Positions 17,576 to 26,805 of a stretch of 64,000 bases of DNA are shown here, piece by piece. A program made the position numbers and the translations under genes. The DNA comes from Pirellulales bacterium. Its GTDB lineage: Bacteria > Planctomycetota > Planctomycetia > Pirellulales > UBA1268. How positions within the stretch are numbered: position 1 is the first letter of the stretch; every line of letters begins with the position of its first letter. The notes below the pieces were generated by a model. The model made no database searches. It was not told where the DNA came from and was given only the letters and a program-made list of their open reading frames with translations. Location: positions 1,095,116-1,159,115 of the forward strand of contig CBDFMH010000005.1 of the NCBI GenBank assembly GCA_965249545.1, written 5' to 3'.

Positions 17576-19574
17576 TCACCTGGTCATACTCGCCATCGGC
17601 CCAGGCAAGAAGTTCTGCGAAACGATCGCCCAGCAAGAGTTCGCCCGGGTTTGGTGGGCGACGACCCGCTGGAATAATATCAATTGGCACTGAACCAGTC
17701 TGGGTGGCAAGGCTTGCCGCCTGTTCAGCGAGTTCTTCTGTTCCACGGAGGATATCGGAAAGGCCCATTTTGCCGCGTCGATCAATGAGTTTTGTGAGGC
17801 CGGGCTTCCGCATGTCGGCATCAATAATCAGCACTCGTTTGCCAGCCTGCTGATACGCAATCGCGAGGTTACTTGAAATCGTTGTCTTGCCGTCACTAGG
17901 CTCGGCACTGGTGACTGCAATGCGTTCAGAGTCTTCGGTGCCCATAACAAGAACGGTTCGTATCGTACGAAAGCTCTCAGCGGCTGCGTCGTCTGAGGTG
18001 TTCCACATGTGGGTTGTCTCGAGCCCAACTCCGTCTTCAAACTCCTCTTCCTCATCAAGTATGCCGATGGTGGCAAGCGTTGGCAGGTTGAGCTCCGCCT
18101 GAAGTTCCTCTGGTGATCTCGCTCGATCATCAAGTGTGTCAACTACGAAGACGATCCCGATGCCACTCGCCAGGCCACCTGCCAGTACGGCAAGAATGGT
18201 GAGAGAGAGTTTTGGGGAAACTGGTTTCTCGGCAACAACTGGTTCTCGAACAACGGTCGTACGGACGCCACCATTTTCTTGACGTAGGTCGACACTGGCA
18301 ATCTGGTTCAGCAGTGTGTTACGCAGCTGTCGCAGCCAGTTCAAGTCATGCTCAACAATATCGAGTTGGCTGATATCACTTGTGAGCCCAATTGATTCCT
18401 GCTTGGCTTTCTCAAAACTTTTTTGAAACCACTCTTCTTGACGCTCGGCAGACTCAAGCCTTTGGTTCAGAATATTTGCAACAGTATTGGCAAGTTGTGC
18501 ATCATCGCCACCGAAGGAACGTGGTGAACCAATAAGATCAAACTGCGCAAGGTACCCCTGCATCTGTTCAATCTTGCGAGTCCGTTCAACAACCTTTGGG
18601 TGGTTAGGTCCATAATATTCCTGAAGTGTGTCGAGTTGGGCACGATCTTCGAGGAGCTGTTTTTCAACAGAAACTCGCGTTTGTTTGTCGCGGTCCCCAA
18701 GACCCATGGAATCAAGAAAGGCTTCTTTGCCCAGTGTTTCTTCGATAGCGACAAGGCTTTGCCGAATGTTATGGCCTGCTTCAATTGCTTCAGTCAACGA
18801 TTGGTACGACGCTTGAAGGAGCAGCCGCTTCTTCTGAGTTTCTATCAACGAACTATTGAGCTGGATGGCCCGTTCGACTAACGGGTGCATGGTTTTGCCA
18901 CCCTCTTTGATTCCAAGGTCACCTACTTTCTGGCGAACTGCGAGAAACTCTGCCTGTTTCACTTCAATCTTCTTATCAACCTCCTCTTTTTCATTTTGAA
19001 GGAGGTCAACAATTGAGTTTGCTGTCCCTCGGTGTGACTCATCCATAAAGGTTGCATAGGCTTGAATGATAGCTGCAACGACTGCAGCGGATGCTTCCTG
19101 ATGTGGTGAACGAAAGCTGAGTTCAAGCAGGTTTGTCTGTCGGACACCACGCACATTAAGTTCTTTGGAAAATTCTTCAGCAAGCACTTCGGGGTCCTGG
19201 CTTCCGAAAAGGCCACGGACCGGTGCATCAAGCAGCGTCGCTGCCGATTGCAGAACGAGGGGGCTTGAAACAAGCTTTTCATAGGTAGCCATGGCGGCAA
19301 TGTCACTGTGGCTGCCAGTCATTGATGTTGGGCTGTTTTCTCGACTGGTATCAACGACAAGTAGTTGCGATTCGGCTTCATAAATTCGTGTTGCTGTCGC
19401 ATAGTAAAGCCCACCTAACATGCCACACAGTGCAAGGGTTCCCATGACGACAATACGACGGTGCCAGAGCACGCGGAGGAAGCGGACTACCTGCCGAATA
19501 GTCTGAGCTGTTGATTCAGTTTCTTGGTTTTCGTGTTCGAGCATAAGAGTGTGCTGTTTGTCATGCAGCACCAA
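17478..19574 (-). CDS. wzc: Polysaccharide co-polymerase / BY-family tyrosine autokinase (Wzc/GumC type), main fragment
   Basis: It has a chain-length-determinant N-terminus, a coiled-coil region and a second TM segment. These are followed by the Walker A VTSAEPSDGKTTISSNLA, IIDADMRKPGL and VIVDAPPVLAGTDAA. The listed ORF then ends in out-of-frame text (VRWPHACGTTREK*). Confidence 0.85.
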   Translation of the reverse strand: MVLHDKQHTLMLEHENQETESTAQTIRQVVRFLRVLWHRRIVVMGTLALCGMLGGLYYATATRIYEAESQLLVVDTSRENSPTSMTGSHSDIAAMATYEKLVSSPLVLQSAATLLDAPVRGLFGSQDPEVLAEEFSKELNVRGVRQTNLLELSFRSPHQEASAAVVAAIIQAYATFMDESHRGTANSIVDLLQNEKEEVDKKIEVKQAEFLAVRQKVGDLGIKEGGKTMHPLVERAIQLNSSLIETQKKRLLLQASYQSLTEAIEAGHNIRQSLVAIEETLGKEAFLDSMGLGDRDKQTRVSVEKQLLEDRAQLDTLQEYYGPNHPKVVERTRKIEQMQGYLAQFDLIGSPRSFGGDDAQLANTVANILNQRLESAERQEEWFQKSFEKAKQESIGLTSDISQLDIVEHDLNWLRQLRNTLLNQIASVDLRQENGGVRTTVVREPVVAEKPVSPKLSLTILAVLAGGLASGIGIVFVVDTLDDRARSPEELQAELNLPTLATIGILDEEEEFEDGVGLETTHMWNTSDDAAAESFRTIRTVLVMGTEDSERIAVTSAEPSDGKTTISSNLAIAYQQAGKRVLIIDADMRKPGLTKLIDRRGKMGLSDILRGTEELAEQAASLATQTGSVPIDIIPAGRRPPNPGELLLGDRFAELLAWADGEYDQVIVDAPPVLAGTDAAAVGRLVRWPHACGTTREK

Positions 19575-19582
19575 ACAGCCTG

Positions 19583-20014
19583 TTAAAAAATTGGGATTGA
19601 TTGACCAGCAACGATGCTGAACCGGAAAATAGTTGAGAAGACGTTGTGGATAACGGTCTGTGGTGTTTGCTCAACGCTTACCACATCGCCAGGTGAAAGT
19701 CTTATGTTTGATTCATCGCTGTGTTGTGCGTTCACCACGCTTGTCTCAATGACAATGGGTTCATTCTCACTTGTGACATGTCGTGTGATATAGATCTTGT
19801 CTGCCCAAGGGTTACTCCGTTCACCAGCCATTGCAATGGCATCAAGTACGTGAACCGGCTGCCCGACCGGCATCTCATATTGTCCAGGTTTTTGTACGAG
19901 GCCAATCACACTGATTGGATTGGGGTCACGGGTTTCGACCCGTACAACATCCCCATCTTGTAAACCGATATCGGTATCACTTGTTCCATCAATGGTTGCC
20001 AGATCGATTTTCAT
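19583..20014 (-). CDS. wza: Wza-like export protein, C-terminal fragment (second SLBB region)
   Basis: Motifs: KIDLATIDGTSDTDIGLQDGDVVRVE...ISVIGLVQKPGQYEMPVG...RLSPGDVVSVEQ. It joins the upstream fragment if one T of the tttt run at 20008-20011 is removed (...STENHEIDLATIDG...). Confidence 0.65.
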   Translation of the reverse strand: MKIDLATIDGTSDTDIGLQDGDVVRVETRDPNPISVIGLVQKPGQYEMPVGQPVHVLDAIAMAGERSNPWADKIYITRHVTSENEPIVIETSVVNAQHSDESNIRLSPGDVVSVEQTPQTVIHNVFSTIFRFSIVAGQSIPIF

Positions 20015-20777
20015 GGTTCTCGGTTGAGCCGGTGGCCTGTTTGACGATTGTTGCGACCGCTGGAAATGGCCGTGGTCGGATAAGACCTGCTTGCTTTACG
20101 TCTGACTGTTCCACTGCAGACGTTAACTGAATAGCCTCAGAATTGGCATCAAGGGTCTCCGCTTGTGAATCTGATTCTGAAAGCTGTGTTGCAGTAGTAT
20201 TTTCATGCCGTCGTATTTCAATTTCGGTACCGGCTTTTTCATCAAGTGAGCCAGCGGCCATGAGTGCGGCGAGCAATGTGCTCTGACCTTTGGGAAGTTC
20301 GATTGTTCCTTGTTCCTTTACGGCACCAACAACCGTGATGCGATTGACAGCTTTTTTCCGCATTGTGACCGTAACCTGAGGCGCTTTAAATAAACCCCGG
20401 TCAATGGCAGCAGTGGCAATCCGCTGCTCAGCCTGAAATGGCTCAAGACCTGCAAGTGGGACCTGACCGATGAGGGCAATTGTTGCAATGCCGTTGTCAC
20501 CAACCCGAACTGGTGTTGGTGTGATGCGACCAGCTTCTTCAAGACCACTGCTGATCGTCACATCAACAACATCCTCTGGCTCTATGAGGCTGCTTGACGT
20601 AGTCGACATAGAAAGACGACTGAGATCAGCAACCTGAGCGTTAGTTACCTTTGCCGCCTGGTAACGATCGGGCATGCGACGCGCCTTGATGATGCCATTT
20701 GCGCATCCGCTGCTCCCTACCGCGAGCAGTAGCAGCATGCTTATCACTATTCGAAATTTTGATTCCGACGTACGCAT
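19989..20777 (-). CDS. wza: Polysaccharide export protein (Wza-like: Poly_export + SLBB), N-terminal fragment
   Basis: MRTSESKFRIVISMLLLLAVGSSGC is lipoprotein-like. It is followed by ...DVVDVTISSGLEE...PVRVGDNGIATIALIGQVPLAGL...AVNRITVVGAVKEQGTIELPKG. The listed ORF extends to a GTG at 20816. Confidence 0.7.
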   Translation of the reverse strand: MRTSESKFRIVISMLLLLAVGSSGCANGIIKARRMPDRYQAAKVTNAQVADLSRLSMSTTSSSLIEPEDVVDVTISSGLEEAGRITPTPVRVGDNGIATIALIGQVPLAGLEPFQAEQRIATAAIDRGLFKAPQVTVTMRKKAVNRITVVGAVKEQGTIELPKGQSTLLAALMAAGSLDEKAGTEIEIRRHENTTATQLSESDSQAETLDANSEAIQLTSAVEQSDVKQAGLIRPRPFPAVATIVKQATGSTENHENRSGNH

Positions 20778-20997
20778 CGAGAACGATTCCATCAAGGTAA
20801 CACCCTGTAACACCACTGCAAATAGTTTTTAACGAGTGGTGAATAGCGGAATCGGCACCTTAAAGCCAAGGTGATTTTCGTTTGGTAGCTTGGGGGTAGT
20901 GCGATCTTCACAGGTACTAGAGCGCATAAAAAAACTGGCCGAACCACAGAAGATGGTCCGACCAGTTTGAATGTTTTAGCTAGTCTTTGCTACTTAC

Positions 20998-21609
20998 TTA
21001 TGGGCTCGCTGGTGTATCACTTGAGCTTGACCCGATAGCGATACCAGATCCGATACCCGCACCCAGCAGACCGGCTGCTGTGAGCAGTGGATAGTTTGCA
21101 AATGCACGTCCCAAAAATCCTTGACGTGGCGAGTATCCGTTTTGAACAGGAACGATAGGGGCAGGTTGTGCTTCAGGGATGAACTGAACTGCACCATCAT
21201 CAGCTGGCACCTGTCGAGCAACCAGGGTTATTTCTGGTTTGGCTCCTGGAGGTGCCTTATCTGCTTCCCAGAAACGGAAAGTCGACTTTTTACCACTGGC
21301 TTGAATGACATGCGTGCCTTCGCGAAGTCCTTCAACGACAAATGATCCGTCGTCTAACGTTTCGACAGCAGCAACTTCGTTGCCTGAGTAGCCGATCGTG
21401 ACAAGTTGATGACCTTCTGCGTCACCGGTTGTATTTTTCACAAGGCCCATCAGTGTTCCCTTGGTTCCAAGTACAACGTCTGTGACCTCAGCTTTGGTTT
21501 CTGCTGCATTGACAATCGGTGTTTCTGCAAATGTTGCAGTTGTTGTAGCGAGCATTGATGCTGTGCAAGCGATGGCACCAGCTCGACGCATCCATTTTGT
21601 CATCAACAT
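20998..21609 (-). CDS. Secreted/anchored protein with carboxypeptidase-regulatory-like (Ig-like) domain
   Basis: It has a signal-like N-terminus (MRRAGAIACTASMLATTTATFA), then GTLMGLVKNTTGDAEGHQLV...DDGSFVVEGLREGTHVIQA, and a C-terminal hydrophobic segment. Confidence 0.5.
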   Translation of the reverse strand: MLMTKWMRRAGAIACTASMLATTTATFAETPIVNAAETKAEVTDVVLGTKGTLMGLVKNTTGDAEGHQLVTIGYSGNEVAAVETLDDGSFVVEGLREGTHVIQASGKKSTFRFWEADKAPPGAKPEITLVARQVPADDGAVQFIPEAQPAPIVPVQNGYSPRQGFLGRAFANYPLLTAAGLLGAGIGSGIAIGSSSSDTPASP

Positions 21610-21786
21610 GAAAGGCTCCAGGTCACTTTGAGAGTTTGTATTCGAAAGTTTTCAGGGATTTTTCCCTTACTAAACCTTTCCTTCATCGGTGATTAATAGG
21701 TCAAAACTCTAGTGAAATGCAAGCCAGAAACAATTCTGTTTCATTCGGACTTGGCCATGACGCAAAGGTGGGGCAACCTATGCCGA

Positions 21787-22654
21787 TTAGGTAAAAATAA
21801 AGACGGCCGGCAGTCTCAACGACCAAACCATCCGAAATCCGAAGCCCTTGTTCTGTTTGTGTGTCTTTTTGGCTCGCTTTTGTGTGGAATGCCTTGCGGT
21901 TTTGCCTACCAAGCCCCCTTTCACATCATCACCTTCAAAGACACGAGCTGGGTTCTCACAACAGACCAGATCAGCTAAGTTTCTCACCAGCCATATCACA
22001 AATGGTGTCATAGGCGTCTCGCATGCCAAATGGCCTATGTTTTGTGTCATGGGCGTCACTGGCAATAAAGTGACATAAGTCCTTCATCAACAGCAAGTTC
22101 TGCAATCTCTTGGCAGGATGACCCAAACGCACCAGTGAGACTTGCTGCTGTTATTTGCAGCAGGCCACCCGCCTCGACTACATCCCACATCACGTCAGGA
22201 TTTTTGATGATTCCTCGGTTGCGTTCCGGGTGGGAGAGAATGCCGACGAGCCCTGTTTTCGTAGTGATTTAAGCAGTTGGTCAATGGGATAGTACGTATC
22301 ATGCGGCAGTTCAAGAAGAACGTGCTTACTTCGATCTGCAAGAGTAAGTACTTTGCCTTGTTTGAGTAGCTTAGGTAATTCCGGATCGATTCGGACATCT
22401 GCACCTGGCCGAACTGAGACTGATATTTCTTTGTCATGAAGAGCACTCTGTAGCTTACTAACACCATTGATAATGGCCTCCGCTGAGACGTGACTATTTG
22501 TTCCCAACTGATGTGGTGTAGCAATCAATGATGTCGTACCGTCTCCTAATGCAGTTCGAGCCATATTGATTGATTGATCAATGCTGAAAGCACCGTCATC
22601 AATTTGAGGAACGATATGACAATGTATGTCTGTGAAACGAGTGGTTGGAGTCAA
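21787..22654 (-). pseudogene. CpsB/YwqE-type PHP-domain protein-tyrosine phosphatase, interrupted by about three frameshifts
   Basis: Four frame segments can be read. Frame a: MTPTTRFTDIHCHIVPQIDDGA...LLELPHDTYYP.... Frame b: TGLVGILSHPERNRGIIKNPDVMWDVVEAGGLLQITAASLTGAFG.... Frame c: HFIASDAHDTKHRPFGMRDAYDTICDMAGEKL. Frame d: ADLVCCENPARVFEGDDV. All were translated by hand from the reverse strand. Confidence 0.7.
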
Positions 22655-22722
22655 ATTAAATCCTCTTCATCCGCTACCTAAAAACAAAATATTCATAAAA
22701 AACTAATCCCAAAAAAATTGTA
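22655..22722. promoter_or_regulatory. Divergent intergenic/promoter region between cpsB-side and transketolase-side operons
   Basis: A 68-bp AT-rich spacer lies between the divergent starts at 22654 (-) and 22723 (+). No specific boxes were identified. Confidence 0.3.
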
Positions 22723-23562
22723 TTGAAGCCTATGGATTCTGCTGATAGACGCTTTCCAGAGTTACAAGAACTTGCAAAAAAGATTCGCGTACATGTTCTG
22801 CAGATGACAAGTAATGGGGGAAGTTCTCATATTGGGTCAGCTTTTTCCATGGCAGATATGATTGCTGTTTTGTACGGAAATATTTTACGTATAAACCCGA
22901 CTAATCCCGAATGCACGGATCGTGATAGGTTCATCTTGTCCAAAGGTCATGCAGGTGCGGCAGTCTACGCAGCGCTGGCAGAGAAAGGTTTCTTTGACAA
23001 AGATTGGTTGCAGACACATTATCAAAATGGCTCAAAATTGAGTGGGCATATTTCACACAAGGGTATACCGGGTGTTGAGATGTCTACGGGTTCTCTGGGC
23101 CATGGTCTGCCAGTAGCAACGGGAATGGCAATAGTTGCTAAAAGGAGAAAACAACAACACCGTATTTTTGTTCTTCTAGGTGATGGTGAATGCGATGAGG
23201 GGTCAAATTGGGAAGCAGCGTTATTTGCAGCACACCACAGGCTATCGAATCTGACGGTATTAATCGATTACAACAAACTTCAGAGCCTTGATTCTATCGA
23301 GCAAACTCTTGCGCTAGAGCCGTTAGCGGATAAATGGCACAGCTTTGGTTGGGAAGTTGAAGAGGTCGATGGCCATGATATTTCATCCTTACAAAACACC
23401 CTAAGCACTTCCTCGCTTGGTCAAAAACCTCGGTGCCTTATATGTCACACCGTAAAAGGGAAAGGGGTGTCGTTTATGGAGAATTCTGTACTTTGGCATT
23501 ATCGAACCGCACGTGGTGAAGAGTACAGAGCAGCACTAGAGGAACTTACGAGAGCTGCCTAA
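22723..23562 (+). CDS. Transketolase, N-terminal (ThDP-binding) subunit
   Basis: Motifs: GGSSHIGSAFSMADM...ILSKGHAGAAVYAALAEKGFF...GSLGHGLPVATGMA...LLGDGECDEGSNWEAALFAAHHRLSNLTVLIDYN. Confidence 0.9.
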   Translation: MKPMDSADRRFPELQELAKKIRVHVLQMTSNGGSSHIGSAFSMADMIAVLYGNILRINPTNPECTDRDRFILSKGHAGAAVYAALAEKGFFDKDWLQTHYQNGSKLSGHISHKGIPGVEMSTGSLGHGLPVATGMAIVAKRRKQQHRIFVLLGDGECDEGSNWEAALFAAHHRLSNLTVLIDYNKLQSLDSIEQTLALEPLADKWHSFGWEVEEVDGHDISSLQNTLSTSSLGQKPRCLICHTVKGKGVSFMENSVLWHYRTARGEEYRAALEELTRAA

Positions 23563-23579
23563 CGGGAGTGTAATTTGAA

Positions 23580-24527
23580 ATGAGAGACACATTTATATCA
23601 GCTCTTACGTGTATTGCTGAACAGGATGAGCGTGTTGTTCTCATAACGGGTGATCTTGGATTTAAGGTGTTCGATAACTTTCGTAAAAAACATGCTGACC
23701 AATTCATTAATGCGGGTATTGCCGAACAGTCTATGGCCGGTATCGCAACTGGTATGGCATTAGAGGGCTATACCGTATTTCTTTACTCCATCGCCAATTT
23801 CACGTTCATGAGATGTCTTGAGCAGTTGCGGAACGATGCGGCGTATCATGAGTGCAACATCAATGTTGTTTCTGTTGGTGGTGGATTTAGTTACGGACAG
23901 CTTGGCATGTCACACCATGCAACAGAAGACTTGGCAATCATGCGATGCATGCCAACGTCAGTCGTGGCCTCGCCAAGTGAGTTATGGGAAGTCACAGAAC
24001 TTACCCGGGTAATGTATCAATCAAAGGGACTTTCTTACCTAAGGCTTGATAAATCAAATTTCGAATCGGAAGAAAATCAAATAGAAGAGCATTTAACATT
24101 TGGTAGCCCACGAGTCATTCGTGATGGCTGTGATGTCACGCTTGTTGCAACTGGAGGGATTGTCACGGAGGTCATTGAGGCTGCAGATGCGTTATTAACT
24201 AAAGGCATTTCTGCCTGTGTGATAAGTGCTCCCTTTATTAAGCCAATTGATATCAGTGTGATTAGTAGTTCTGCGAAGAAAACAGGTGCGTTATTTACGA
24301 TAGAGGAGCACAGTGTGCTCGGTGGACTTGGAAGTGTCGTAGCAGAAGAACTTATGGAAAACGGATCTGCACCAGCTGTTTTTAGGAGAATTGGTCTGCG
24401 AGAAAAATTTACGTCAGTTGTTGGCGATCAACGTTATCTCCGGCACACGTATGGCATGAGTGCCAAGAATATAGTAGCGCAGGTATGTGACCAACTCATG
24501 TTGAAGAGACAGAAAAAAGCTGCTTAA
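23580..24527 (+). CDS. Transketolase, C-terminal (pyrimidine-binding) subunit
   Basis: Motifs: ...DLGFKVFDNFRKKHADQFINAGIAEQSMAGIATGMALEG...FMRCLEQLRNDAAYHECNINVVSVGGGFSYGQLGMSHHATEDLAIMR.... Confidence 0.9.
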   Translation: MRDTFISALTCIAEQDERVVLITGDLGFKVFDNFRKKHADQFINAGIAEQSMAGIATGMALEGYTVFLYSIANFTFMRCLEQLRNDAAYHECNINVVSVGGGFSYGQLGMSHHATEDLAIMRCMPTSVVASPSELWEVTELTRVMYQSKGLSYLRLDKSNFESEENQIEEHLTFGSPRVIRDGCDVTLVATGGIVTEVIEAADALLTKGISACVISAPFIKPIDISVISSSAKKTGALFTIEEHSVLGGLGSVVAEELMENGSAPAVFRRIGLREKFTSVVGDQRYLRHTYGMSAKNIVAQVCDQLMLKRQKKAA

Positions 24528-24630
24528 AGAGTTAGGAAAGGTGTTGCTGTCAAATTTTCCATGAACGAACAAGCTGTTAAGTCCACGGCTGTTTTTTTCA
24601 GTGTGTATTAATCACAACAAAGTATCCACT

Positions 24631-25896
24631 ATGAATATTTGGTTGATTCATCCAGCAGAACCGGTACCGATCTCCGGAAACACTAGGTTGTTTCGTTACG
24701 GCAAGTTATGTGGCCTCCTAGCCAAAAGAGGCCATGTCGCTACTCAATGGGCATCAACATTTGATCATTTTTCAAAACAACAGCGAACACGCGGTGACTG
24801 TTTATTTGAGGTAGAGGCAGGATATCGGGTGCAACTTGTATATGGCAGTCCGTATAAGAAACATGTCGGTTTCGCACGAATGCGTTCACAGAGAGAAGTC
24901 GCACAAAATTTTACAAAATGTGCTGAAAAGAGTGTGCCGCCTGATGTCATAGTTGTGTCTCTCCCTACACTCGAGTTAGCAACTACGGTGCTGGCTTATG
25001 CAGAGGCAAGAAAAATACCTGTTGTTGTCGATATACGAGATCTTTGGCCAGATGTTTTTTTTACAGCGTTTCCCAGCTGGGCACAATCACTTGTTCGGCC
25101 ACTTTTTCGAAAGTATGAGCAACAAGCTACCGATATCTGCCGTCGCGCTAGCGTGTTAACCGCCGTGTCCGATACATACCTCTCTTGGGGACTGGAGAAA
25201 GCCCGTCGCTCACGATATTTGCATGAAAAAGCCGTGTACCTGGCCTATCAAAAGCCGGTGGTCACTGAATGTGATCGTCTTCGAATACTTGAGGAACTTG
25301 ATTCAAAAGGAATTCATGAAAAACGGGTTATTAGATGTTGTTTTTTTGGCATGTTGGGAAGAAGCGCGGGACTTCGCTCTATCGCCGGCTTAGCAACTCA
25401 TTTAGTCAGGCAAGGGCATGGGGATATTGAGTTTGTGCTCTGTGGGACTGGTCCACGTGAAAATGATTTATTGAAAATGATTCAGGACGTTCCCAATATT
25501 AAATATCTTGGCTGGCAAGATTCAACAGAGATAGCATGTCTTATGGAGAGGTCAGATATCGGGCTTGCGATATACCAAGAGGGTGTGCTTCAATCCATTC
25601 CAAATAAGCCTGTCGAATATTTAGCGGGAGGTTTACCGGTTCTGACAACATTACGAGGCGAACTTGAGGCTCTCTTGAACACTTATAAGTGTGGGAAAGT
25701 GTTTCAGCCCAATGATATTGAATCGATGGGAGAATGGTTGATTCATTGCAAGCAAAATCACACAAGTATGAATTATCTTAGTCAGCAAGCAAGTCAGTTG
25801 TATGCTGATCAATTTGATGCAACCAAAGTTTATGAAAATTTTATTGATGAAATCGAATGTATTCCACAGCGATTCCAAGCGGTTGTGGCTGCCTAA
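24631..25896 (+). CDS. Glycosyltransferase, GT4 family (WbuB/WcaI-like)
   Basis: MNIWLIHPAEPVP...RLFRYGKLCGLLAKRGH... is a GT4 N-domain and ...NKPVEYLAGGLPVL... is the C-domain. The ATG at 24631 is preferred over the listed GTG at 24601. Confidence 0.75.
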   Translation: MNIWLIHPAEPVPISGNTRLFRYGKLCGLLAKRGHVATQWASTFDHFSKQQRTRGDCLFEVEAGYRVQLVYGSPYKKHVGFARMRSQREVAQNFTKCAEKSVPPDVIVVSLPTLELATTVLAYAEARKIPVVVDIRDLWPDVFFTAFPSWAQSLVRPLFRKYEQQATDICRRASVLTAVSDTYLSWGLEKARRSRYLHEKAVYLAYQKPVVTECDRLRILEELDSKGIHEKRVIRCCFFGMLGRSAGLRSIAGLATHLVRQGHGDIEFVLCGTGPRENDLLKMIQDVPNIKYLGWQDSTEIACLMERSDIGLAIYQEGVLQSIPNKPVEYLAGGLPVLTTLRGELEALLNTYKCGKVFQPNDIESMGEWLIHCKQNHTSMNYLSQQASQLYADQFDATKVYENFIDEIECIPQRFQAVVAA

Positions 25897-25914
25897 TTTA
25901 AGAGAAGGAATGAA

Positions 25915-26805
25915 ATGAGTAATACGACAGTATGGGACAATCCTTATGATCATCCAAGCTTACTGAAGCGTGTAGCTACACCAATTTTACGATGTCTCTA
26001 TCGGGTTCTACCGGAAGCAGTATACGACGCTATCTACTTTCCAGCCTTTAATTTTTATCAAAAGAGTATTAGAGCAGCTTATTCACAAAAAATAAAAAAA
26101 GCGCGTACGACAGGTGATACTCGAGGTGCCATGAAGATGGAACGAGTCTTCAAAGTAATGAAGCATTCCTTGGTAGGTTCGCCAGGTCTCGAGCACACTC
26201 ATGATCTTGCTCAAGAAGTTGTTGACAATAAAGTACCAGGTGCCTTCGTCGAGTGTGGCGTTGCCCAGGGTGGATGTGCAGCGCTTATGGCTCAAGTTGC
26301 ATGCAGTAACGAGGCGGATAGAGACTGTTGGTTCTTTGACTCCTATGAAGGATTGCCTGACCCAACAGAAGCTGATTTTGAGAGCGGTAAGACGGGTCGG
26401 CATATTCGACCACTTCCAAAGGGATCATGCCTAGGAACTTTAGAACAAGTTTCAGGACTTCTGTTTGAAGAAATGGAACTACCAAAGGATAAGATTAATC
26501 TCGTAAAAGGTTGGTTTGAAAACACACTACCAAAGACAGCTTCAGCTATCGGTCCGATTGCTTTGCTTCGGGCTGATGGTGACTGGTATGAGTCAACACG
26601 ATGTATATTAGAAAATTTATATGATCAGGTTGCAGAGGGTGGCCATGTGATCATTGATGACTATTGCAGTTGTTATGGTGCAAAGAAGGCGACCGATGAG
26701 TTCCTGAACGAAAAAGGTGTTCATGTAAGTCTCGTACCTGATGGTCGCGGCGGCGCCTCTTTTCAAAAGCCAAAAAATGCTGAGAAAATCAGGAAGGCTA
26801 GTTAA
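25915..26805 (+). CDS. TylF/MycF-type (macrocin-O-methyltransferase family) SAM-dependent methyltransferase
   Basis: Motifs: PGAFVECGVAQGGCAALMA...FDSYEGLPDP...LRADGDWYESTRCILENLYDQVAEGGHVIIDDY. Confidence 0.75.
   Translation: MSNTTVWDNPYDHPSLLKRVATPILRCLYRVLPEAVYDAIYFPAFNFYQKSIRAAYSQKIKKARTTGDTRGAMKMERVFKVMKHSLVGSPGLEHTHDLAQEVVDNKVPGAFVECGVAQGGCAALMAQVACSNEADRDCWFFDSYEGLPDPTEADFESGKTGRHIRPLPKGSCLGTLEQVSGLLFEEMELPKDKINLVKGWFENTLPKTASAIGPIALLRADGDWYESTRCILENLYDQVAEGGHVIIDDYCSCYGAKKATDEFLNEKGVHVSLVPDGRGGASFQKPKNAEKIRKAS

Noticed and set aside
17190-17693. The plus-strand 167-aa ORF across the wzc/Wzy_C junction, and similar ORFs listed inside other genes (e.g. 8574..8864, 8970..9356, 14001..14555, 38852..39244)
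   Set aside because: They overlap strongly supported genes on the opposite strand. Their translations have no recognisable motifs and a biased composition.
17262-22654. Programmed ribosomal frameshifting in wzc, wza and cpsB
   Set aside because: I saw no slippery heptamer with a downstream structure. The shifts go in both directions, and similar shifts occur in unrelated genes across the window.
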